A stretch of DNA of 56,914 bases from Catajapyx aquilonaris (Eukaryota). The notes below the pieces were generated by a model, which had not been told where the DNA came from, did not search any database, and saw only the letters and a list, made by a program, of their open reading frames with translations. Shown here in pieces: positions 41,217 to 50,118 of this stretch (position 1 is its first letter; every line of letters starts with the position of its first letter). The stretch lies in the NCBI GenBank assembly GCA_000934665.2, contig KZ538642.1:1-56914 (forward strand). Direction: 5' to 3'. Position numbers and translations under genes: made by a program.

Positions 41217-42244
41217 CCCCATCCAGCCCTGTGAGCAGCTCCCTCTTGTCATCTTGATCTCCAACGAAGGCGGACGTGGCTTCTCGCCAGGTCTACATAC
41301 AACTGCAATACGCGTACAGGTACGTGCACACCATTTAGATGGGGGTTACTTGCAAAGGCTGTGTACTATACAAAAGCACAATTCAGGTTCATTCATTTAG
41401 CCACGAAAAAGTCCAAAGTTATAGGCTACAGGCTGACACTTATTCATTTTTAAGTGCAAAGCAATATTTGCAGGGGATAATGAGGCACCAGCGATGCAGC
41501 CCTTCGTGGACCGAAGATTGATGTCTCGTCCTCCCGTCACGTGGGGTCAAGTTGGACATCAGGGTCAAGTTGGACATCGGGTTAAGGCACGCACACCTAG
41601 CACTATAGACAGGCCTGGAATGCATGAAGGCTGAAGGGTTAGTACAGCAGCGATTAAAAATCAGTCATTTACAGGTTTACATCAAGCAGGAATTAAGGGT
41701 CAGTTGTACTAGGTCAGATAATATCGGATTCTGGCCTACTAAAATCTGTATTTGGCATGAAAAACCCTAAACTGTCAATTTGGTCAGGCAAGAATCTGAC
41801 ATGGTGCAGCAAGAACTCAATTGCAATGGGGAGTAAAACCAATAATTGCTTGGCGACTAGCTCCCATTAGAAATACTGGATTAATTTGTGAAATAAAATG
41901 GGGCTGGACGAATGACACTTGACCTTGGCTCATTGAAATGCAGGCATCATGAAATGCATAACTGCATCTTGGTCTGTTAAATGCCAGAAAATGGAATTAA
42001 AGTGGTTCATGTAAAGATGTTTAAAAAAGTGCAATCTTGACTATATACCGAATGAGATGACGACTTCCTATCACCCATCAGTCAAATTGCCTCAATCATC
42101 CCTAATGTCCACAATGTAATAGGAATTAAAAGAAAACCCACTAGAAAATTGCGATTAAATTGCCAAATTTGCCTTGACCTTGTGCTACCCCTGAGGCACT
42201 AAGTAAGCCATTTTACGCCATAGACGATCACCGACATATAATGC

Positions 42245-42323
42245 TGGCTGTTGGTAAATTTGCATTGTTACCTGGTGTTAGCTACATGTTGGTGCAGATT
42301 TTGATAAGCTGAATTGTTGGCCA
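42245..42323 (+). ncRNA. Pre-miRNA-like hairpin
   Basis: AAATTTGCATTG (42256-42267) pairs with TGGTGCAGATTT (42290-42301) using G:U; extended by TGTTG/TGATA and TGGCTG/TGGCCA. Confidence 0.4.
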
Positions 42324-42492
42324 TTTAGAAAATCAGTCCTATATTGCCATATTTTACAAAAATTTAATTCCCTTCAAAATGCGTATTTGCAAATAGTAAT
42401 TTCATATTTAATGCAATAGTGTTCGTTTCTTGGATCCATTCAAATTTTGAACACCAGAACAATTCTAATGGTACATTTTTTTATAGCACTAA

Positions 42493-42564
42493 TTGTCTGT
42501 TTGGGGGCATTAAAGCTGAATCGATTGTTGGCTGATGGACAGTTGTGATGTCTTCTGCAGACAA
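42493..42564 (+). ncRNA. Pre-miRNA-like hairpin (no known family recognised)
   Basis: TTGTCTGT/GCAGACAA, GGGGGCATTA/TGATGTCTTC and AGCTG/CAGTT form a ~23 bp stem with several G:U pairs that work only on the + strand; intronic in the inferred + lncRNA. Confidence 0.5.
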
Positions 42565-42937
42565 AATTTGTACTAGAGTAATTGTGGTTTGACATGAATT
42601 ATTTTACAAAATGCTTTTTATGCAGGTGCAGCCTTGAGATTATGGTCTGACAGGTATACATTACCATGCTGCTGCCGCCTTCACAGCCCTAATAAGCAAG
42701 CATCACCAGCATCCTCTACAATGACTACATGATCATTGGTCTTCGCAGCATCCAGCATCTCTCGGACACAACCATTATTATCTGGTGAGCATTTCTCCCG
42801 ATTATTTTGCAATGAATAAGCCATGGTGACATTAAACATAGCAGCTGAATTAGAACTTGTATGAGTGCAACAAGGGATGGGTTTTTAAAATTCTCGATTG
42901 TTCATAAAATGAAGCACTGAAGTCACAAGCCTTGGCC

Positions 42938-43509
42938 TATTATTTAGCAGTCTTTTTATATTGGGCATCTAAATCTCTTTCCAATATAATCAGGCACCAC
43001 TGTACTTGCCCAATGCAAGTGAAGTTCACCTAGCATGAAAATCACCTGGATGCTAATCTTACAAATATGAATTAGTAGAAAATAAATAACACCTTGTGGC
43101 CCCAACATCTCTTCCATATGCTTCATTAGAATATAAGTTGTATGATTATAACATTTGTTGTTAGAATTAAAGTATAATATAGTAGACTAGATTGCATTAG
43201 AATATAGGTTGTATGATTACCGTATAGCATTAGAATTAAGTATAGTTAGTAGACTCTATAGATAACAAATTGTAACATTTGTTATAATCCAATTTATATT
43301 CTAATAAGGCATACGGAAGAGATGTTGGGGGCATACAGGTGTGTTATTAAAACATGATTCATTTTCTACTACAGTAATTCGTATTTTGTGACATGACATG
43401 CAGGTGATTTTCGGACTAGGTGAACTTGACTGGCATTGGGCAAGTACAGTGGTGCCCTGATTATATTGGGAAGAGACAGAATAGCCACTCAAGATACTGC
43501 TAAATAATA
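42938..43509. repeat. Long imperfect inverted repeat (~220-bp arms)
   Basis: Left arm ~42938-43155, right arm ~43275-43509, e.g. CCAATATAATCAGGCACCACTGTACTTGCCCAATGC vs GCATTGGGCAAGTACAGTGGTGCCCTGATTATATTGG; the spacer carries a ~70-bp tandem duplication. Confidence 0.85.
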
Positions 43510-44329
43510 AGCAGATTAGTTATGAGAAAAATGCCATTGAAGGTAAGACTTATTGACTAAAAGGCAAATGCACAGAACGTGCATTTTCATCGCGAAATTG
43601 AGCCTTATTGGAGTAAAACATAACCATAATGTCACAATGACCTTGTCATTACTTGTTAACTTGCATAATTCGCAGGTTCAATCAATTGTCGTATGCTTCG
43701 CAGTGAATACACAAGTAACACCACATACATTTTGTGAGAAGGCTACCACTTATTGTAGGTAAAATGCTACTCAAACTCATGGTTTCCATCTGTCAGATTT
43801 AATGTTTTCAAGGCAGCTTTTTTATACAAATTAGCACTGCCAGACCATTTTCCAGGGGTGGTACAACAGGAAACTTGGCTGTCATTGGGCAAGTGTAGTG
43901 GGATGTGGCATAGAAGAAAGGTGTAAATTCGTGCCTGAGATGCCAACGGTCATTACTTAAAATGTAATGCTGGATAATAGGCTTTGTTGTTAAATGTGGA
44001 AGAGGATTAGTCTTATCATTTACAATGCACTGTCCAAATCTGCAGTACAACAGTGAAGCTCATAGTCACTCTCTTCAGAGAATTGAATGGAATGAAGGCG
44101 ACTTGCATTCCCAGTTGTGCCAGTCATTATATAATTTATTGTTGATCACCCATAGCTGTTTGTGATATCAGTGTCTCCCAGTAGGGTTATGCATAGTGTG
44201 GGCGCATATTGGTCGTTTGGAACTTTTCTAATTGCTTTTGTACTGTCATATGTTTATCAAGTGACTACTCCTGCATCACTGACCACCACGGTTTTTGATA
44301 ATGTGCATCTGTTTATGCATGCTGCATTA

Positions 44330-44746
44330 CCCTCAAGTGCCAAAAGTCATGGGATAGCCGGATAGGTATCCTCTAGCCCTGTGAAGTGCAGAAACTCTTA
44401 TGTGGCATTGATTTCATAAGTTGAGCCATGCCATCTGGATGGATCTGGATAGCCACTGGCAGCTTCTTGGATTATTGAAGGTGGATGATTTTGGACCTCT
44501 TCACCACGTCTCATAAATGCTGGATAGGATTCAGTCTGGCCACATCATTCTTCATAACGCTGCTGGAACCAATTCTGGACCTGCTAATGAAACTGCATTA
44601 GCCTGCTGGAATTTCACATTGTCATAAAGCAGTGCCAGGAGCTGTGTTCAGCACCCTGCCTCACGACAAAACCTGGCCATATACGCCAGGGTGGTGTGAT
44701 TTCAAAAGTTTTATGTTTCGATCGCATGACTTTTGGCACTTGAGTC
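44330..44746 (-). mobile_element. Internally deleted Tc1-like element
   Basis: 24-bp TIRs CTCAAGTGCCAAAAGTCATG(G/C)GAT at 44332-44355 and 44721-44744; minus-strand decayed transposase motifs resembling FQQDNA, PDLNPIEHLWD and ESMP.RV.AL..ARG. Confidence 0.8.
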
Positions 44747-45423
44747 TTGCATAACAATGATTTGCACAATCATGTGAACTGTTTCACCTGATTTACATTC
44801 TTGCATCTCTGTTGCTTTCAGATTTCTTTCGCCCAGAGGAAGAGCAGCAGTGATTTCCAGGGCTGCTACCAGAGGATGATGCTGTAGGTCAGTATCATTT
44901 GAGTGTTGGCTCCTGTGAGAATTACCTGACTGCAATAAAATGACTATTCTGAATGTATCTGCTTTCTATTGGGAAATGAGGGGAAACCGTTTGTGCTGCA
45001 CTCAGTCTTTGCAGGCGGAATTGCTCATTGTCTTTACAGCATTTCCACTTCACCTTTGGCATTTATCTTGATGAAAATGGTTGATCATGTCAATTAAGCT
45101 TTTTTAGGTGTTTGTGGCTGATCAATGTCAGGGTGCTAAAATTTGCTTAATATCTGTGCACAGGAAGCAATAAGTTCAATTTCCATGTAATTGTATATAT
45201 TGACCCTTTTCTATTGTGTTGCATGTTTCGAATTAATTTTTGTTCTCTTTCCAGTGCTGGTAATTTGCAGCCTGCTGCTGAGATGGTGCCACTCTGGAAG
45301 CCAGCAGTCCTGCCTGAAATGATGATCACCATCATTTCTCTTGTATCGCTATTTTGCCCCTTTTCTTTTCAGATGGTGCCAGTCATAATAAGCAGCAGAA
45401 TCCTTTCCCACCACCTCTTCCCT

Positions 45424-45856
45424 AAGGCCGGGGCCAACCGGGCGTAATTTCGGGCGGCCCCGGCCGCCGAGCTCCTGCCTCCGCAGGGGCCACTAGCGTG
45501 GAGCCTAGCTTGTTGACTCCTCCCTTTTCCTGTAATTTCAGAGTCCAGTGAGTCTGATTGGTTGACTCAGTCCCTTGCCCCTCCCCCTCTGCATGCTGAT
45601 GGGCGTGCACGTGTGGATGACCGATGACGTCGGTTACGTCGTCCCCATGTGCCCCCGTCCATTGAAGGTGAGGCTTTGATGGATGGGGGTGCACGTGGGA
45701 CGATGTAAGCTACGTTGCCCTCCTTCCCCTATCCCCCCAGGGCAAGCCCTGGGGGGGATAGGGGAAGGGGAGGCAACGTAGCTTACATTGCCCATGCCCC
45801 CCCCCCCCNATCCATCAAAGCCTCTCCCTGGCCATCAGTAGGCGGAGGGAGGAGAG
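45424..45856. repeat. GC-rich foldback insertion with a 155-bp palindrome
   Basis: Palindrome 45670-45824 centred on GGGC-AA-GCCC; extra hairpin GGCCGGGGCC/GGCCCCGGCC at 45426-45465; GC content far above the flanks. Confidence 0.7.
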
Positions 45857-46222
45857 GCAACGACACTATTTATTACAGCCAATATACACTGTACAAAAAA
45901 GCAAATAAAGATGTCCACACTAATATAACTGTTCTTCTGACTGCTGCTCTTTTCCAGGATCTTCAAAGTAACTTGTGTTCCTCCTTGCATACTTTCCAGG
46001 ATAATCTAGAAAGAAAAGGAAACTAGAGAAACTTGGACAGGTAATTAAAATGGACATGATGCAAGTGGGAAATTTTAAAGCATGGAACTTTTCACCTGAA
46101 TTTGACCTTGAAAGACTTAGAATAATTTCAGCCAGCTAAAAAAAATGACTTGCAGATGATTAAAGCCAGAAATAAGTGCCTTCATATACTGCAAATTGAT
46201 TTAATCAACATACTTGGAATTA

Positions 46223-46282
46223 AATATCATTGGCACCAGCTATGGTGTACACAACAATAAATTTTTTAATGCCAATGACACC
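46223..46282 (-). ncRNA. Pre-miRNA-like hairpin
   Basis: On the minus strand GGTGTCATTGGCATTA pairs with TGGTGCCAATGATATT: 16 contiguous bp, 5 of them G:U (A-C mismatches on +); intronic in the inferred - lncRNA. Confidence 0.4.
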
Positions 46283-46702
46283 ACCTTTGTTATAAAAAGA
46301 GGAATCGTATAAATCTGCTGAGTCAAAAGCGTTGAGAAGTATTGGCCAATTAGTCACATGGCTGACTGACTATTTCAGTCATCAAGTTTTGAAATTTAAT
46401 TGCAGCCTGATATGACACATTTATTAATGAAAATTACCATTTTGATATCAAATTAATCTGATCAGTTTCAAACAATAATCTTCCTCCACTTTGCAACAGT
46501 TCTCTACCTTTTTAATAATGCAACATTCAACCCATTTTACCATTTGGAGTGAGAGTAGGTTTTGCGCTCACAAAAATTAAATTAATGCCTTCCCATATTT
46601 TATTAAACTAACATTAAACCATGGATGTGAGGCATGCTACAACGAATTTCCTTAGCATCCTCCCATCACGTATAAGCCTCAATAATGAGAAACCCCATTT
46701 TA

Positions 46703-46848
46703 GGGCCGGTTTCACCGAGCTTGGTATATGATAAAACCAGGTTTCTTTAGGAAAATCCATACAAATAGATAGGGATTTTGAGAAAGAACCCTGGTTTTAT
46801 CATCGCCGGTTTATTACTACACAATACTGAGCTCGGTGAAACCGGCCC
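46703..46848. mobile_element. Palindromic MITE (PIF/Harbinger-like termini)
   Basis: 19-bp perfect TIR GGGCCGGTTTCACCGAGCT, internal ATGATAAAACCAGG/CCTGGTTTTATCAT arms, flanked by TTA / TAA. Confidence 0.75.
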
Positions 46849-49800
46849 TAAGTCCTGAAAATTACTGCCAAACAACTTGGGATAGCAGCAGCACAAAGGT
46901 ATACAAGTATAATTATGATGCTCAGGGCTCACCATGGGTGTTGAGTTGCAAAAACTTAGTCGAAGAACAACCAAGATGAGTTTGACGCATCTGATTGGAG
47001 ACGTGGATTGGGATGAAAATCAGCTGTCCGTCGAACCAAGTGGGATTTTCACATTGTGTCTCCAAAGACTGGTCCAAAGCATCCTCCGCGAAGTAGTGGA
47101 TGTTGCATCACTCACATCTGCACTCCCCAAGGCCGATTCTCGATCCTGAAATGAGCTGGCCCAAAACTTACATCCTGTGAAAGAATGAGACAAAATTATG
47201 AACAACTGCAAATCCTAATTATGACGACCTTGCAGAACAATCAGAGGGCAATTAACATTTCCTTCTAATAGCTACGTACTGTCCTCACTGACCAAGTATA
47301 CCAAGTATAGCTTCCAATATTCACTGGCTTCCATATTCATTGCCTAATGTATGGACATTAGCTTCATCACTTCAACACATGAGGTGTACAATAATAATGC
47401 TTACCATGTCCATGTCTGGTGTGCCAGGATAGTTGATGGCGAATGAAGGGTTGAGGCCTCAGATGATGACAGCACCGCTTGATACCATAAGTTGATTTGG
47501 ATGCGGCCAAAGTGGTTGTTGGTTTCCCAGAATCAGGCAGGTGATGTCGTTAACCAATCAGATGCATCATCATTCTGCAAGGTGTAATGAGTACAGGTCA
47601 AATGCTGATTGCCTCTTTGTGGCAATTATACAGCAATTATTGCCAGTGGCTTCAGTGGGGACATTGCCTCTTTATACAGCAATTGATTAATCTGCAAATT
47701 TCTCCCCGCTAAATTTTGGCCCAAGGAGTACGCTACGTCATACTGATGAGAAACACCATGTATATTAATTTGATCGTTTGCAAACTGATATGTTGATGCC
47801 AAAATGGCACTACATGTGATAGAAGCTCCTGTCTTAGCATCCCATAAATTCTTGAAATCTCCCAATCATAATGTATTCTGCCTTAGAATACAGTAGTACT
47901 GGCATCACACTACGAAACTATTAATACAACTAACATCATCGGTGCCACTAGCAATTAAAGACTTGTGACGAAATAAGCACAAGCTCTCAAAATTAACTAG
48001 TAGAATATTTCTCCCATAATAATTGCTGGAAAATAACAATTTTGGCACAATGTGTCATAATAACTTTTAATCTGGTGAATTTGGAACAGTAAATGTGTGG
48101 CCATTTTACTTCAAAAAATTCAATGATATTCCATGGAGATAACTGCATGTAAGAGATTCAGAAAAATTTCCACTAGACTTATTGCAACCTAGTCCAACGA
48201 CGTGCAGAATCAAAATCTAAATTTTGAGGAACTATTCAAGCTTATGCAACCTTTCGAAGGCTAATGAGTTACTTTCTGGCTCCAGTCATAAATAACATAA
48301 TGCAAAGATAATGTCTCGCACTTGGAATATAACAGGGCTCCTGCAATACAAAAGGAGGTTACATTTATGGCCTACAGTTCTCAGGTAAACGCAATTATTT
48401 GGAATTTCCAAAATGACTGCCATTTTTCAAAATTAAAGTAGGTTACCCTGCCCGGATTTTTTAGGACTTTTCACTGGATGTATATGCCGCAACTCACCGT
48501 AATTCCAGTTACATCCAAGGTCATTGAGCCTCATCCTTGTCCATGCGACCAACGTGACCTCAGTGGCCTACGTTCTTGGTGTCAACGACGATGCTTAGTT
48601 GTATCCCAGCAGTACACCACGAACCCATCCTGCATCATAAAATGCATTTAATAGGGACATTATTATTCCGCAATTAAATTCACACCAATTTGACTGTCCC
48701 CCATTTTGGCACACATTCTAGGGCAATTAACGCGTATACTGCTCATGTCTACTTAATGAACCTCATGAAAATGTATGTTAGTCCTATTATTATTACATAC
48801 CGGTACGTCGACTTGCTGTCCTTGCCACGCCATCAGTTGTGTCCCCTTCTTCCAACAGGTCCAAGCTGGAAATGGTCGCCATTGGCCGATTTGCACCCAC
48901 CCACCCCATCAGGACGCGTGATCCGTGGCCCAATAGTGCCAACAGAAATGGGGGTGTCATATCCTTTGCGAGCTCATTTTTCCTGCTTGCAAGTTGTTTA
49001 ATAATATTTTCCAGCTACTTCAGATTTCCCTCCCACTTTACGTCAATGTGAATATACACTTAAATGTGATTTTTTGATTCGTAATGTTTTTTTTTTTTTG
49101 CGGACAAGAAGCCGCGCAAAGTTAAGGGACTCATGGCATTACACAATAATTGCTTATGCTGTTGACGTACCAATGTCGTAAATAAAAACCGGAATTCAAG
49201 GTGAAAAAAACTGTGGTAAATCTTCTTTTTTTCCTTGTCGCGTCACATTTTATTAGTACAGTGTCGTTTGGGGTCCTAGGAGGTTCTGGGATTGGTTCTG
49301 AGCCTGGATCATTGCAGCTAGGTAATATAACGGGTCTTACATTTGCGACTGTGCCCTCTACACCTTAAGAGCAAATATGCATTAGAGAGTGTTCCAATTA
49401 TATTGTGCATATGCGGCTTATAAGGTGTTATCTAAAGTATTACTGGTGTTGAAGCCCTGAATAGCAATGTATTTTTTAGCATATGCCATACACTGAATCG
49501 CTCCCTAAATGCTACATATAATTGCATATAAAAACAGCCTGATTATTCTCTGAACATTTTAAGCGCCTAATTCATAGTTCAATAAATTATTCAATTCGGT
49601 CTAACATTATCAGGGAATACTTTTAGTGCAACCACCCCCCCACCCCTGCGAAATAAGAAGCAGCGCTAAAACTATACATCACTAAAACAGGCACTAAATA
49701 AAATTGGAACACCCTTTAGAGGTACAGTAGCCTATACTTGCTATGAACAGTCCTTTTTACTAACATGTAAGTGGGAGAAAATATTGTTCAGAAGTGGGAA

Positions 49801-50118
49801 AAAGTACTTTTTGTGCACTTATGTAGGTAATTATACTAAATGCTGATGTACACACGCGTAACCGTAACGACGTAAGAAGCAAGTTATATAGATACAGTAT
49901 ACAAGATGACCATGAACATCTCACCGAATACTGACGCACACGCACGTCTTATGAAGCAGTCGTCCTTGAGTTTGACGTGAAGGTCTTTACATGGCTATAA
50001 CTCAGTTGGCATCAGGTCAATTTGTTTTGTAGGTCAGGTCAGGCAATGTAAGATAATATGTTTTCACTGAAAATACTCTAAGAAACATTGCTTTGCATAT
50101 TAATTGCAGGGCCCGAAT

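Larger units (their letters stand above)
41270..45930 (+). ncRNA. Putative spliced long non-coding RNA (hairpin/miRNA host gene), + strand
   Basis: Inferred exons: ?-41319 (donor gtacgt), 41474-41637 (gttagt), 42626-42784 (gtgagc), 44822-44887 (gtcagt), terminal exon from 45255 or 45373 (acceptors tctctttccag / ttcttttcag), AATAAA 45904-45909. No long ORF across exons. 5' and 3' ends approximate. Confidence 0.45.
45850..48890 (-). ncRNA. Putative spliced long non-coding RNA (hairpin/miRNA host gene), - strand
   Basis: Inferred minus-strand exons: ~48890-48801 (donor gtatgt), 48629-48498 (gtgagt), 47574-47405 (gtaagc), 47174-46933 (gtgagc), terminal exon from 46005 (acceptor ttttctttctag), AATAAA at 45874-45869. 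Internal exons have stops in all three frames; only a ~38 aa 5' ORF (MATISSLDLLEEGDTT...). Confidence 0.5.

Noticed and set aside
44789..44930. Open minus-strand exon (SGNSHRSQ...)
   Set aside because: Lies beyond the minus-strand poly(A) signal, overlaps a better-supported + exon, and has no homology or partner exons.
46933..47145. In-frame TGA in CRCE*CN as selenocysteine
   Set aside because: Neighbouring exons are closed in all frames, no selenoprotein similarity, no SECIS seen.
47241..47370. Box C/D snoRNA candidates (also 45068-45125)
   Set aside because: C and D boxes can be found but there is no clear terminal stem or recognisable rRNA guide; snoscan/Rfam would be needed to revive the snoRNA-host explanation.
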